64,000 nucleotides of DNA from an uncultured Desulfobacter sp. (GCA_963665095.1 OY762069.1:3936001-4000000), one strand, 5' to 3'; counted from the first letter of the stretch, positions 1 through 10,987 are shown. Translations and numbers: made by a program. Notes: generated by a model from the letters alone, not told the origin.

Positions 1-1368
1 CAGGGCGTATTCGCTGGTGTTGTCCAGGATGTCCAACGCAGCGTCCAGGTCTTTATCTTCATATACGTAGACGGTTACCACCGGGCCGAAAATCTCCTCG
101 GCCATGGACTCATAGTCCGGGACCTTTGCCAGGATCACTGTGGGGTTCACAAAATAGCCTTTGGATTTATCCCTTTCTCCGCCGATGATCACCTCGGCAT
201 CCTCAGAGGCTTTTGCCCTTGAGATATAGCCGTCAATGGTGTCAAAGGATTTTTCATCAATGACAGCATTGACGAAGTTGGTGAAATCGTTCACCGGACC
301 CACTTTGATTTCGGCAATCTTTTCTTTGAGCTGGTCCTGAACCGCCGGCCACAAAGATGCGGGCATATAGACCCTGGAGCAGGCAGAACATTTCTGGCCC
401 TGGAACTCAAAGGCCCCGCGCACAATACCTGTAACAAGCTCATCCACATCGGCTGTGTTATGGGCGAAGATGTAATCCTTGCCGCCGGTTTCACCCACTA
501 TTCTGGGATAGGAAACATAGGTTTCAATATTTTCAGCCGCTTTTTTCCACAAATTCTGGAATACGGCGGTGGACCCGGTGAAATGCATGCCTGCGAAATC
601 CTTGTGGGAAAACAGGATATCACCCATCTGGGAACCCCGGCCCGGGATGAAGTTGATGACCCCGGCAGGAAGCCCTGCTTCCCCAAGGATCTGCATCACA
701 TAGTAGTTGGAAAGCACTGCGGTGGTGGCGGGTTTCCACACAATGGTGTTGCCCATCATGGCAGGCGTGGTGGGCAGGTTACCGGCGATGGCGGTAAAGT
801 TAAACGGCGTCAATGCAAAGATAAACCCTTCCAGGGGGCGGTATTCCACACGATTGTATATGCCTCTTTCAGACATGGGCTGATTGGCGTAAATCTCTTC
901 CATATAGGAGACGTTGAACCGCAGGAAGTCCACCAGTTCGCAGGTGGAGTCGATCTCGGCCTGAAACGCATTTTTAGACTGGCCCAGCATGGTGGCGGCA
1001 TTGATTTTTGCCGTATATTTGCCGGAAATCAGGTCAGCAGCCTTCAGGAAGATGGACGCTCTCTCCTGCCAGTCCATGGTTTCCCAGTCCGCCTTTGCGG
1101 CCAGGGACGCGTCCACGGCAGCCTTAATCTCCTTTTCCCCTGCCATGTGAACCTGGCCAAGGACATGGCCGTGGTCATGGGGGCAGACCACATTGCGGAC
1201 ATCGCCGGTTTTAATCTCTTCACCGTTGATAATCACCGGAATTTCCACCTGGGTGGCCATCTGGCGGCCCAGTTCAGCGGACAGAGCGCCTCTTTCCGGG
1301 CTGCCCGGCGCATAGGTTTTCACAGGCTCGTTATAAGGTTTGGGTAAGGTATATATGCTGTTTGCCAT
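1..1368 (-). CDS. pruA: L-glutamate gamma-semialdehyde (P5C) dehydrogenase; 3' end runs off the window edge
   Basis: Not in the ORF track. Manual minus-strand reading from ATG at 1368 gives MANSIYTLPKPYNEPVKTYAPGSPER...YRPLEGFIFALTPFNFTAIAGNLP...GETGGKD...FEFQGQKCSACSR...EEIFGPV, typical of P5CDH. Confidence 0.92.
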   Translation of the reverse strand, partial: MANSIYTLPKPYNEPVKTYAPGSPERGALSAELGRQMATQVEIPVIINGEEIKTGDVRNVVCPHDHGHVLGQVHMAGEKEIKAAVDASLAAKADWETMDWQERASIFLKAADLISGKYTAKINAATMLGQSKNAFQAEIDSTCELVDFLRFNVSYMEEIYANQPMSERGIYNRVEYRPLEGFIFALTPFNFTAIAGNLPTTPAMMGNTIVWKPATTAVLSNYYVMQILGEAGLPAGVINFIPGRGSQMGDILFSHKDFAGMHFTGSTAVFQNLWKKAAENIETYVSYPRIVGETGGKDYIFAHNTADVDELVTGIVRGAFEFQGQKCSACSRVYMPASLWPAVQDQLKEKIAEIKVGPVNDFTNFVNAVIDEKSFDTIDGYISRAKASEDAEVIIGGERDKSKGYFVNPTVILAKVPDYESMAEEIFGPVVTVYVYEDKDLDAALDILDNTSEYAL

Positions 1369-1450
1369 TTTTTTAATCCTCTTTATTCCAGGCCCGTGAT
1401 CAAAGATTTTGTCGTCCTTTGATCACGGACCTTGTTGTTGCGGGTTGCGG

Positions 1451-3016
1451 CTATCCGATGTTGAATTCAATCCCCTGGGCCAGCGGCAGTTCCTTGCCCC
1501 AGTTGATGGTGTTGGTCTGGCGTCTCATATAGGCTTTCCAGGCATCGGAACCTGATTCGCGGCCGCCGCCGGTCTCTTTTTCACCGCCAAAGGCTCCGCC
1601 GATCTCCGCACCGGAGGTGCCGATGTTGACGTTGGCAATACCGCAGTCAGAGCCCCTGTGGGAAAGGAACCCTTCCTGGTACTGCATGGAGGTGGTGAAT
1701 ACGGCGGAAGACAGCCCCTGGGGCACGCCGTTGTGCAGGGCAATGGCTTCGTCAAAATCACTGTATTCAATGATGTAAAGAATAGGCGCAAAGGTCTCTT
1801 CCTGGACAATGGAGAAGTCATTTTTCACTTCCGCCACGGCAGGCGTTACATAAAAACCGCCTTCGCAGCCTTCAACCATAGTGCGTTCCCCGCCGCAAAG
1901 TACGGTGCCGCCCAGTTTTTTAACCTCTTCCAGGGCCTGTTCCATGGCAAGGACAGCGCCTTCGTCAATGAGCGGACCCATGAGCGTCCCCTCATCCAGG
2001 GGATTGCCCACCTGCACCTGTTTGTATGCACTGACCAGATTTTCCACAAACGCCTCTTTTACGGAGGCGTGAACGATAATCCTCCGGGTGGAGGTACAGC
2101 GCTGGCCTGCAGTGCCCACAGCACCGAACAGGGTGGCCCGGATGGCCATATCCATGTCGGCATCTTCGGTCACAATAATGGCGTTGTTGCCGCCAAGTTC
2201 CAGGATGGTGCGTCCAAGACGACCGCCCACCACTTCACCCACCCGTTTGCCCATGGCTGTGGATCCGGTGGCGGAAATCAGTGGAATCCGGGTGTCGTGG
2301 AGCAAAGGTTCGCCCACATCGGTACGGGAACCGATCACCATGTTGAAAATGCCTTCAACACCGTATTTATCCACAACCGGTGCAAGAATATTCTGGATGG
2401 CAATGCCGGTGAGAGGGGTTTTTGAAGAAGGTTTGAACACGATGGCATCACCGCAGACCGCTGCAAGCAATGAATTCCAGGACCAGACAGCCACAGGAAA
2501 GTTAAATGCGGTAACCACGCCTACGATTCCTAAGGGATGCCATTGCTCGTACATCCGGTGCTCGGGCCGTTCAGAGTGCATGGTAAGCCCGTAAAGCTGG
2601 CGGCTTAAGCCCACGGCAAAATCAGCAATATCGATCATCTCCTGGACCTCACCCTCGCCTTCAGCCCGGATCTTGCCGACCTCAAGGGAAACCAGGGCAC
2701 CTAAAGCCTTTTTGTTCTCCCGCAGGGCATCCCCAATCTCCCGGACCATCTCGCCGCGCCGGGGGGCGGGCATCATGCGGAACGCTTTGAAAGCCTCTTC
2801 GGCTTTGGCCATCACAGCATCATAGTCTTTTCTTTCAGCCATCAGTACGCTGGCAATGGGTTTGCCGTTAATGGGGGAGTAGGAAACCAGCTCTTTGCCC
2901 TTGGTTTCAATCCAGCCCTTGGAACCGCCGGTGCAGGCACCGGAATTCACAGGCTTAATCCCTAAAGAGTCAAGAATTTGTTTTACTTCGGTATCAAATG
3001 TGTCACTCATGGTCAC
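1451..3016 (-). CDS. amaB: Aldehyde dehydrogenase family 7 (antiquitin / piperideine-6-carboxylate dehydrogenase-like)
   Basis: LELGGNNA, GTAGQRCT, EETFAP, GGEKETGGGRESGSDAWKAYMRRQT and C-terminal LPLAQGI are ALDH7 signatures. Confidence 0.85.
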   Translation of the reverse strand: MTMSDTFDTEVKQILDSLGIKPVNSGACTGGSKGWIETKGKELVSYSPINGKPIASVLMAERKDYDAVMAKAEEAFKAFRMMPAPRRGEMVREIGDALRENKKALGALVSLEVGKIRAEGEGEVQEMIDIADFAVGLSRQLYGLTMHSERPEHRMYEQWHPLGIVGVVTAFNFPVAVWSWNSLLAAVCGDAIVFKPSSKTPLTGIAIQNILAPVVDKYGVEGIFNMVIGSRTDVGEPLLHDTRIPLISATGSTAMGKRVGEVVGGRLGRTILELGGNNAIIVTEDADMDMAIRATLFGAVGTAGQRCTSTRRIIVHASVKEAFVENLVSAYKQVQVGNPLDEGTLMGPLIDEGAVLAMEQALEEVKKLGGTVLCGGERTMVEGCEGGFYVTPAVAEVKNDFSIVQEETFAPILYIIEYSDFDEAIALHNGVPQGLSSAVFTTSMQYQEGFLSHRGSDCGIANVNIGTSGAEIGGAFGGEKETGGGRESGSDAWKAYMRRQTNTINWGKELPLAQGIEFNIG

Positions 3017-3118
3017 CTCCTGATTAAGTTATTTATAATGATAATTAATAGTTGAGATATATTATTGTAATATACCCATAAAAAGATTAAAGTAAAATTC
3101 ATAATACTTGTTGTTAAT

Positions 3119-3133
3119 ATGAAAATGATTCAT
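3119..3133. promoter_or_regulatory. LysR-type operator ATGA-N7-TCAT in the divergent promoter
   Basis: ATGAAAATGATTCAT (T-N11-A dyad) lies just upstream of the LysR start, between divergent genes. Confidence 0.55.
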
Positions 3134-3144
3134 ACTTCAACATT

Positions 3145-4041
3145 ATGGACCTTTACCATCTAAAGACCTTTTACATCCTGGCCAGGGAAAAGAACTTTAC
3201 CCAGGCTGCCCAGCGGCTGTTCGTTACCCAGTCGGCGGTCAGCCACGCCATTAAAAAACTTGAAGCGTCCCTGGATACCTCCCTGATCACACGTCAGGGC
3301 AGAACCCTGGACCTGACCCCGGCCGGCCGTACATTGTTCCGCTCCTGCGAAAAAATTTTTTATGAGATTGAAAAGGCAGATCAGGATATCTCCATCTACC
3401 GGGAAAAGGCGGCGTTCACCATCCGCATCGGCTCCACTGTGGAATTCGGCACTTCCATTCTGATCAACCACATCAGACCGTTTCTCGATACCCATCCGGA
3501 GATCCATCTGGACTTTCATCTCTCTTCAAAACTTGACATGCCGCTGAGCCGGGACGAGGTGGACCTGATTATTGACTGCAAGGCCCATGATCTGCCCAAC
3601 CTTGAAACCATTTACCTGTTCCAGGAGCAGTATGTCACCATTGCCTCCCCGGACTTTCTTGCGGCCAACCAGATCACCGGCATTGACGACCTGGCCAAAG
3701 TAAATCTTTTGTCCAATGACAAGCAGCTGGCATGGTGGCGCAACTTTATTACGGCCATCCCGCCGGAAAAAAGCTTTGACCTTAAAAATGTCACCCAGAT
3801 CAACCATATCAGGGGCATTATCAACGGCGCCATGTCAGGCCTGGGGATCGGATTTGTGCCAAAATACACAGTGATAAAAGAACTGGAGCAGGGCAGTCTG
3901 GTAGATCCGTTTCCGGATATCCAGCCCAATGCAGACCATTTCAATATTTTTATAAAGAAAGAAAAACTGGAATTTAAAAAAAACAAGGCCCTTATTGAAT
4001 ATCTGACCAGAATCAAGCCAGAGGAATTTGGTGTGGGCTGA
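3145..4041 (+). CDS. LysR family transcriptional regulator
   Basis: N-terminal HTH NFTQAAQRLFVTQSAVSHAIKKLE, LTPAG; 298 aa. Confidence 0.95.
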   Translation: MDLYHLKTFYILAREKNFTQAAQRLFVTQSAVSHAIKKLEASLDTSLITRQGRTLDLTPAGRTLFRSCEKIFYEIEKADQDISIYREKAAFTIRIGSTVEFGTSILINHIRPFLDTHPEIHLDFHLSSKLDMPLSRDEVDLIIDCKAHDLPNLETIYLFQEQYVTIASPDFLAANQITGIDDLAKVNLLSNDKQLAWWRNFITAIPPEKSFDLKNVTQINHIRGIINGAMSGLGIGFVPKYTVIKELEQGSLVDPFPDIQPNADHFNIFIKKEKLEFKKNKALIEYLTRIKPEEFGVG

Positions 4042-4056
4042 GAATGGAATGAACGC

Positions 4057-4524
4057 ATGCAAATATATAATGATATAAAAAACCACGGCCTGCTCAACCA
4101 GCTGGCCCGGTACATTGAAGAAAGAAATGCCATATTTATTGTAGCCCATGGCAAAATTGAGAATCGGGCATACGCAGATTTTACCACTGAGGCTTTTTCG
4201 CAGATCATACAGGATCTTGGCGGCTGCAGCCTCTTTCTTGTCAACCAGGCAGGACTTTCACTGTCATCGCCTTTTCTGGCGGCAGAGGTGGAAACAGCCA
4301 CCCGGACCGCATCGCTTAAGTTCCTTGTGGATCTGACTCCCCAGGCGGAAAACGGGCATGCAAGTCCATTTTATTCCAAATTGACCGGGGCTGTGGCCAC
4401 CCAGTTTTTTGCCGGCACAGACCAGGCAGACCGGCTGTGGGTACCATTTTCCCTTGAAAAGACCGTGGGCAGGGGCGTCCTGCTGGAACCGGCTGAAAAC
4501 GGCCACTTTCTGGTAAGGGCATAA
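4057..4524 (+). CDS. Hypothetical protein
   Basis: 155-aa ORF 15 bp downstream of LysR; no recognisable motif. Confidence 0.6.
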   Translation: MQIYNDIKNHGLLNQLARYIEERNAIFIVAHGKIENRAYADFTTEAFSQIIQDLGGCSLFLVNQAGLSLSSPFLAAEVETATRTASLKFLVDLTPQAENGHASPFYSKLTGAVATQFFAGTDQADRLWVPFSLEKTVGRGVLLEPAENGHFLVRA

Positions 4525-4629
4525 AGAAAAATAACCGGTTGTCCGTCACCATTTCTTTATAAGAGTGTCCCTGGGAGCTGAATTATTTTCATGCGTTACT
4601 GCAGATCAGGCCTGGAGTGTAACCGTTAC

Positions 4630-5574
4630 ATGGAAAAAAAATGTATGGAAAAAATAGGACTTCTCAATCTTCGTTCAAGTTCAGACGGCCCCGGCGGAAA
4701 ACCCGGGAGCTCAGAGGCGTATGCGGTTTCGGCATGGTTCCGGTTCAGCCGGAATATTGAATTTCTGTTCCCTTATCTAAATGCCGTGGTGCCCCATTGC
4801 GAATTCCATCCCAAATTAAGGTTTCTCAGGCTTGAAATGGAGAAAGTCCTTTGCGTGCTTTACCCGGACAAGTGCATCATGTCCCCATTGAAAGACCATG
4901 GGCATGCCAAAGTATTTTCAGAAAAACTGGTGTCGGTTTTAAATGGAATTCTGGGAAAAAAGGAGGAAATCCGCCCCAGGTTCATACCGTTTGAGCAAAT
5001 TCCAGTTACCAGAATTATCAAGATCCTGCCCGGGACCAATTGCGGAAAGTGCGGGTTCAAAACCTGCTTGGCCTTTGCTGCGATGCTCTCAAAACTGAAA
5101 GTCCGGCCTGAAAAGTGCCCCGGTTTAGGCCAGCCGGTCCGGGAACAGGTAACATACCCGGTAATGGATGAACATGGCCGGCCCATGTCCCATGTTACGT
5201 TTCATGTAAACACCTGCAAGGACGCCTTTGACCATGACAGCCGGAATATAAGTGCCATGGAAAAACCAGCCCTGCGTCCTGAGTACGGGCCTTTGTCCGT
5301 GCCGTTTTTTCCCGGGCAAAATTCATCAGAAATTAAGGATTCGCAAACCAGCCCTGAGAATATGAATCACCCAGTGATTCCGGACCCTTTAAGCCCAAGG
5401 GAACTGGAAGTTCTCGGGCAAATGGGCCAGGGCCTGACCAACAGGGAGATCGCCGAAACCCTTTGCATCAGCCCCCATACAGTAAAAAGCCATGTGATCA
5501 ATATCTTCAACAAACTCGGTGTCAACCACAGAACCCAGGCAGTTGTCTGGGCTGCCCGCCAGGGCATTATATAG
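4630..5574 (+). CDS. FeS-domain / LuxR-HTH transcriptional regulator (start uncertain, 4591-4645)
   Basis: LPGTNCGKCGFKTCLAFA...CP four-Cys FeS motif plus C-terminal LSPRELEVL...TNREIAETLCISPHTVKSHVINIFNKLGV. Confidence 0.85.
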   Translation: MEKKCMEKIGLLNLRSSSDGPGGKPGSSEAYAVSAWFRFSRNIEFLFPYLNAVVPHCEFHPKLRFLRLEMEKVLCVLYPDKCIMSPLKDHGHAKVFSEKLVSVLNGILGKKEEIRPRFIPFEQIPVTRIIKILPGTNCGKCGFKTCLAFAAMLSKLKVRPEKCPGLGQPVREQVTYPVMDEHGRPMSHVTFHVNTCKDAFDHDSRNISAMEKPALRPEYGPLSVPFFPGQNSSEIKDSQTSPENMNHPVIPDPLSPRELEVLGQMGQGLTNREIAETLCISPHTVKSHVINIFNKLGVNHRTQAVVWAARQGII

Positions 5575-5676
5575 GGTTAGAACGACTCGTCAGCGCGGAA
5601 AAAACAGCATCGCTTTTGTAAAAAGCAAATCAGATTCAACAGGACTTGACTCACGGAGATAGCTGAGAGGCTCAAA

Positions 5677-7091
5677 CTCCTGTTCGACAGTCATAGGTTT
5701 ACAAAAACTCAAAAACAGCGCCAATAAAGGGATACGGCGATCGGCAAAAATGGCGTAGTGTCTACAAATTTAGGGGGTGGTTTGAATGGATGTGACCATT
5801 TTAGGAGGTGATATCTTCAATTTTTTGAATATGTTACGCTGATTTTGAGTCAATTCTGTGTACTGTAGTATACGTCCATCTTTATGCAAAAATTTCCCCA
5901 GATGCAGGCGCTCAAGCTCGGCCCGCACCCGCGGCCAGGTCATGCCGGCCTCAAGTTCCGCGATCCTTACCAGCAGCAGGGCAAGCCAGCATAGCAGGAC
6001 ATGGGATCTGATGCGGTCGTCCTTGGTATGGTAGACCGGCCTGAGGGACAGGGTTGATTTCAGTGTACGGAAAGCCCGCTCAACCTCCATTAGCTGTTTA
6101 TAGCCAAGGGCTACGTCTTCATCAGACAAACTTTGGTCGCTGTGCTTAAAAGATACTTGCCATCCAGCTTTTCGCATTGCCTGACCTTGGCTTTGTCCAC
6201 AGCGAGCTTCCCGGATTTCAACTCCTTGAGATACCTGCCCATGGACCGGTGGGCAAGCAGGGCATATTTTGCCTTGAGAAAGGATTTTTCCTGTAGCTTA
6301 CCCATAGCTTCCAGTTCAACCTTGATCCGTTCCAGATTTCTTTCACGGACATGCTTGTCGTGTTCAGCCTGCTCTGGATTGTACGCAACAACAAATCGGC
6401 GTTTCCCGCTACCCTCTCCGACATAGACCTCTTTAATATGAAGGTTCTCTTTGATCACCTTAAAGCGTCCACCCCGGTTCAGGGCTACTTCGTTCAGATT
6501 AGGCCCCCTGAGCTTTTCCCCCAGGATATACTGCCCGCCGGCTTTCTGCAGAATTTTACGGTTCTCTTCGCTGGTCATCCCCCGATCCATGGCCCAGATT
6601 ACATGACCCAGTCTCCAGTCATTCATATCACGCTGGATCTGCTCCACGCATTTTGCATCGTTCTGATTGCCGGGCATTGCCCGGCATCGTACCGGAATGC
6701 CTTCCCGTGTTACGGCTAAACCGATGGTGACCTGAGGACAGTCCTCCCGTTTATGTTTGGATTTCCCGAATGCCAGTAACTCCGAGTCTCCAGGATCATC
6801 CATCTCAAAATAGGTATTTGTGGTGTCAAAAAAAATCAGATCAACCGTAAGGTTGAGCAAATTGGCAGTCGCCCGGAAAACCTTTTCCTGAATGACAGCT
6901 TCATGCTTGAGCAGGAAATCCATGCTGCGGTAGAGATGCTGAACCTGAAGAGGGTCTTCAATGCCCAGGTGCACGTCCTTGGCTGCCCATTCTTCAACCA
7001 CGTTTGGGCGCCGAGAACTACATTTTTGCTGAAATTATTGGAAATCCTGACAAAATTTCGAAAAAATGAACCTACAACTGTCGAACAGGAG
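5677..7091 (-). mobile_element. IS1634-family element, internally deleted and frameshifted
   Basis: Terminal IRs ctcctgttcgacagtcataggtt (5677-5699) and rc of 7069-7091 match at 21/23. Enclosed DDE transposase has FFDTTNTYFE, DRGM, Y..L..VERAFRTLKS, RPVYH, RIRSHVLLC. Confidence 0.85.
5770..7001 (-). pseudogene. IS1634 transposase pseudogene (5' part missing, frameshift near 6140)
   Basis: ORFs 6111-7001 and 5770-6177 join as GKYLLST|SDQSLSDEDVALGYKQL after a 1-nt frame change. Confidence 0.85.
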
Positions 7092-7558
7092 CTAACGTAT
7101 TGAATAAAATTCCCAAATCAATTCAGCCGAAAGCCAAAACAGATTTACATGAAATATGGCAGGCACCGACCAAGGCTGATGCACAGAAAGCGTTAACAGC
7201 TTTATAAACACATACAAAGCCAACTACCCCAATGCGGTTAAATGTTTGGTAAAGGATCATGAAGCGTTGCTGAATTTTTATGATTTCCCGGCAGAGCATT
7301 GGCGACATATCCGCACCAGCAACCCAATTGAGTCCACGTTTGCCACCGTCCGGTTGAGGACTGCAAAGGTCAGGGGCTGTTTTTCCTCAACAAGCGTGCT
7401 TTCGATGGCGTTCAAGTTGTGTCGATCTGCAGAAAAACGATGGATCAGGCTTCACCACTATGAAAAATTGGGATTATTGATTGAGGGGGTCAAGTTTATA
7501 GATGGAGTGGAAGATAGGAACGCCGCTTGATTTCAAACACAACATTTGACAATAACTC
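7091..7558 (+). mobile_element. IS256-family 3' remnant (truncated transposase plus right end)
   Basis: ANVLNKIPKSIQPKAKTDLHEIW...FYDFPAEHWRHIRTSNPIESTFATVRLRT, stop at 7530, then an IS256-like end acaacatttgacaataactc. Confidence 0.85.
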
Positions 7559-7559
7559 C

Positions 7560-7625
7560 AACGCCGTTGCCTTCGGCTGGATTGAAACCCGACTAACTGC
7601 CGCCAAGGAGAAGGGGGGGGTGCAA
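7560..7625 (+). pseudogene. Short remnant of an SDR (3-oxoacyl-ACP reductase-like) gene
   Basis: Translates NAVAFGWIETRLTAAKEKG directly after the IS256 end; resembles the SDR VNAVAxGxIxTxL segment. Confidence 0.45.
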
Positions 7626-7963
7626 GTAGGAAAACAGCTATCCCCCTTTTAACAGTCACGGGCGTTTGACTGAAACAACCGGCGAGTTACCAAGGTACGA
7701 CATTTAAAAATAGAATTTATCAGTCCGAAGCTGACACCATGTTGACACATACAACCTTGTGAAATCCTGAAACCATTTCCCGCAAACAAAATGGAAATAA
7801 AATCAATCGGATTTGACGTCCGAGTGCCCACCAGTGAGCCGCGTGCTTCCGTGATCGGCAGCAAAGTAGCTATACCAGGCCTTGTTGCCAATTTGTTTTA
7901 AAATGCAGAAAGAAATTGATAGGGATGACCATTCAACCGGTTATTTTACAATCTAAGAGATCA

Positions 7964-8653
7964 TCATGCAGGTTCCCGGCAGATCTCTTCATTGGCCAGA
8001 GAAAAGACCTCTTCCCAGGATGTACAGCGGGTCATTCTGTTATGCCCTGAACATGCTCGATTCCAGGGTTTGTGGATCAATGCAGTGGAAACGCCCATCT
8101 CTTTTGCAAGAAACATTGCCATCTCAGGGGAATCCTCAACTGCCAGGTCATATGGCATCATGGCCAGCTCATCTTTTGTAATGGCCAGGGCCATATTATT
8201 TCCGGGGCGGTTGTATTTATCCACCATAATAAATCCTCTGAAGGGAACTCCATGCTTTTCAAGCCAGGTCAGCGTCGCATCATGGGCCGATGTTGGGCGG
8301 CCAGTTACGATGTCTATGGTATGTCCTGCTTCAACCCATGCCTGAAGAGACTGGACAGCGCCGCTTACCGGTTTAAACCCGAGAAGGAAATCGGGCTGGT
8401 GAACCAGGCCAAAAAAGTAGCGAAACTCGGCATCTGTCAGATTAAAACAGGTCTTAAGATCAAAGCAGGTCAAATCGTCAAAGGATACGATTTTGCCAAA
8501 CTCCTGTTCGATAACGTCCGGATAGGTTTCTGTGGTTATGGATACCACATCATCCATATCCACATAAATGGTTTTTGGCTGCACGCTCACCCGGCTTCCT
8601 GGCTCCTTTTCCCCTGAATCAACACACCCGGCAGCTTTCAGGCTTTCCATCAC
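7964..8653 (-). CDS. HAD-superfamily NT5C-like nucleotidase/phosphatase
   Basis: IYVDMDDVV, VTGRP, AVEDS, PWNR motifs. Confidence 0.75.
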   Translation of the reverse strand: MMESLKAAGCVDSGEKEPGSRVSVQPKTIYVDMDDVVSITTETYPDVIEQEFGKIVSFDDLTCFDLKTCFNLTDAEFRYFFGLVHQPDFLLGFKPVSGAVQSLQAWVEAGHTIDIVTGRPTSAHDATLTWLEKHGVPFRGFIMVDKYNRPGNNMALAITKDELAMMPYDLAVEDSPEMAMFLAKEMGVSTALIHKPWNRACSGHNRMTRCTSWEEVFSLANEEICREPA

Positions 8654-8701
8654 CCTGCGCAGCCGCCGGCATCATCTCCACAACGTGCTTTTAGCAGAAT
8701 A

Positions 8702-10255
8702 TCAGGAACTTTGCAAAACCAATTGTTCAAATGCGGTTAAAGCGGCCTTGGCCCCTTCTCCCATGCTGATGATAATCTGCTTATAGGGAACAGTGGTGAC
8801 ATCGCCAGCGGCCAGAATCCCTGGCACTGAAGTCCTGCATTTTTCGTCTACTACGATCTCACCAAGCCGGTTGGTTTCCACCAGATCTTTGACACAGTCG
8901 CTGTTGGGCAGAAGGCCGATCTGCACAAATATACCGTCCAGGCTGAACAATTTCTCCTCCTGGTTTTCCCGGTCTTTGTATTTAATCCCTGTGACCTTTT
9001 CCCCGTTGCCCGCGACTTCAAGGACCTGAACATTTTTTTGAATGGTGACATTGGGCAAAGATTCTGCCTTTTCCACCAGAACCCGGTCAGCCTTCAGTTC
9101 AGGCAGAAACTCAAATACGGTGACAGACCCGACCATACCGGCCAGGTCAATGGCAGCTTCAATGCCGGAATTGCCGCCGCCGATAACCGCCACGTCACGC
9201 CCCTTGTAAAACGGACCATCGCAATGGGGGCAAAATGCCACGCCGCGGCCGATATACTCTTTTTCACCGGGCACGCCCAGCTGCCGCCATTTGGCACCAG
9301 TGGCCAGAATCAGTGCTCTGACATTAAAATGCTCACCGGAATCCAGGGTCAGGTGTCTGACTTCACCATTTTCGATTTCTGTCAGCCGCCTATGTTCCAG
9401 CACCTTAATATCATAGACACTGACATGCTCACTGAGTTTTTGTGCAAGCTGCGGGCCTTCGGTATAGGGCACGGATATCAGATTTTCGATGCCTTTGGTA
9501 TCCTTGACCTGACCACCGATTCTTTCAGCCACAAGAATCGTTTTCAGCCCTTTTCGAGCTGAATAAATCGCTGCGGAGGCCCCGGCAGGGCCGCCCCCCA
9601 CAACCGCCACATCCCAGAGACCAAGATCCACGGGCTCCCTGGGGCCTGCCTCCTCGATCCCAAAATAATCCTCAAGTTTGGCCAACAGCCCTGGCAGATC
9701 GTTTTTCCCGGAGCTTATCAGACTTTTTTCATGGATAACGCTGGGCACGCCCTGAATGCCAAGGGCCTGGACATCATCCTGGAAAAAGGCGCCGTCCACC
9801 ATTTCATGGGTTATTCCGGGATGAAATACCGCCATCAGATTTAAAGCCTGGATCACTTCCGGGCAGTTTTCACAGGAGAGGGAAACATAGGTTTTCAGAT
9901 CTATGGGGCCATTGAGCCGGCAGATACGGTCAATAATGGCCTGGTCCGGCAACTTCCCTTTTCGGTCTGCATTAAGGACGGCCAGCACCAGGGAGGTAAA
10001 CTCGTGTCCCCCGGGAATACCTGAAAAAGCAATCCCTGTATCCTCTCCTTCATGTCTCAGACAGAAACGGGGCACCACAGATGTCTGTCCTGACTCCGAG
10101 ACCCGTATTTTCTCCGAAGTTTCTGCCACCTGGGTCAGCATCTCAGTGAGTTCACTCTGCTTGTCGTGGCTGCTGACATCCACAACCAGGTCAATGTGTC
10201 CTTCCAGCTTTTGAAATACAGTTTTCAATTGGTCAACTATTTCAGGATCTATCAT
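8702..10255 (-). CDS. ahpF: Alkyl hydroperoxide reductase subunit F
   Basis: [34 protein letters not shown]. Confidence 0.97.
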   Translation of the reverse strand: MIDPEIVDQLKTVFQKLEGHIDLVVDVSSHDKQSELTEMLTQVAETSEKIRVSESGQTSVVPRFCLRHEGEDTGIAFSGIPGGHEFTSLVLAVLNADRKGKLPDQAIIDRICRLNGPIDLKTYVSLSCENCPEVIQALNLMAVFHPGITHEMVDGAFFQDDVQALGIQGVPSVIHEKSLISSGKNDLPGLLAKLEDYFGIEEAGPREPVDLGLWDVAVVGGGPAGASAAIYSARKGLKTILVAERIGGQVKDTKGIENLISVPYTEGPQLAQKLSEHVSVYDIKVLEHRRLTEIENGEVRHLTLDSGEHFNVRALILATGAKWRQLGVPGEKEYIGRGVAFCPHCDGPFYKGRDVAVIGGGNSGIEAAIDLAGMVGSVTVFEFLPELKADRVLVEKAESLPNVTIQKNVQVLEVAGNGEKVTGIKYKDRENQEEKLFSLDGIFVQIGLLPNSDCVKDLVETNRLGEIVVDEKCRTSVPGILAAGDVTTVPYKQIIISMGEGAKAALTAFEQLVLQSS

Positions 10256-10336
10256 GGTGCACCTCTGTATGAAAAAGGGGGGAAGTGTCTAATTCCCCCC
10301 GGATTTATGTTTATTCGGTCTCTTTATTAAATTGGA

Positions 10337-10903
10337 TTAAATTTTACCAACCAGATCCAGACCAGGTTTAAGCGTCGCAGCCCCTTCTTTCCACTTTGCC
10401 GGGCAGACTTCATTGGGATTGGCAGCAATATACTGGGCAGCTTTTACCTTTCTGAGCAGCTCATCTGCGTTCCTGCCGATCCCGTTGTCATTAACCTCGG
10501 CAAGCTTAATCTGTCCTTCGGGATTCACAAGAAAGGTACCCCGGTAGGCAAGGCCTTCTTCTTCAATATAGACCCCGAAATCCCGGGACAGTTTCCCTGT
10601 GGGATCTGCCAGCATGGGAAAATTGATCTTTTTAATGGTGTCGGACGCGTCATGCCATGCTTTGTGGGTAAAGTGGGTGTCGGTGCTGACACTGTATACT
10701 TCAACTCCCATTTCTTTGAACGCTGCATAGTTGTCAGCCATATCACCCAGCTCCGTGGGGCATACAAAGGTAAAGTCTGCCGGGTAAAAGAAAAAGATCC
10801 CCCATTTGCCTTGCAGATCGTCCCGGGTCACTTCCCTGAATTCACCATTGTGATAGGCCTGAACTTTGAAATCCTGAATCTGAGTGTTGATTAAAGTCTG
10901 CAT
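10337..10903 (-). CDS. ahpC: Alkyl hydroperoxide reductase subunit C (2-Cys peroxiredoxin)
   Basis: FYPADFTFVCPTE and EVCPAKW. Confidence 0.98.
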   Translation of the reverse strand: MQTLINTQIQDFKVQAYHNGEFREVTRDDLQGKWGIFFFYPADFTFVCPTELGDMADNYAAFKEMGVEVYSVSTDTHFTHKAWHDASDTIKKINFPMLADPTGKLSRDFGVYIEEEGLAYRGTFLVNPEGQIKLAEVNDNGIGRNADELLRKVKAAQYIAANPNEVCPAKWKEGAATLKPGLDLVGKI

Positions 10904-10987
10904 TGTTGTCTCCTTTAAATAATTAATTGGTTGCTATCAAATTAAGCTCTCTTTGTGGAAAGCGTTTAACCCTGGAGACAATATGTC

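Noticed and set aside
460..2425. Long plus-strand ORFs (295 aa and 255 aa)
   Set aside because: Antisense shadows of pruA and the ALDH7 gene. The same applies to 24004-24891, 27389-28081, 29902-30672 and 55220-56170
7570..7592. gctggattgaaac, resembling a type I-C CRISPR repeat end
   Set aside because: Single occurrence with no array or cas genes; better explained as coding remnant GWIET of an SDR
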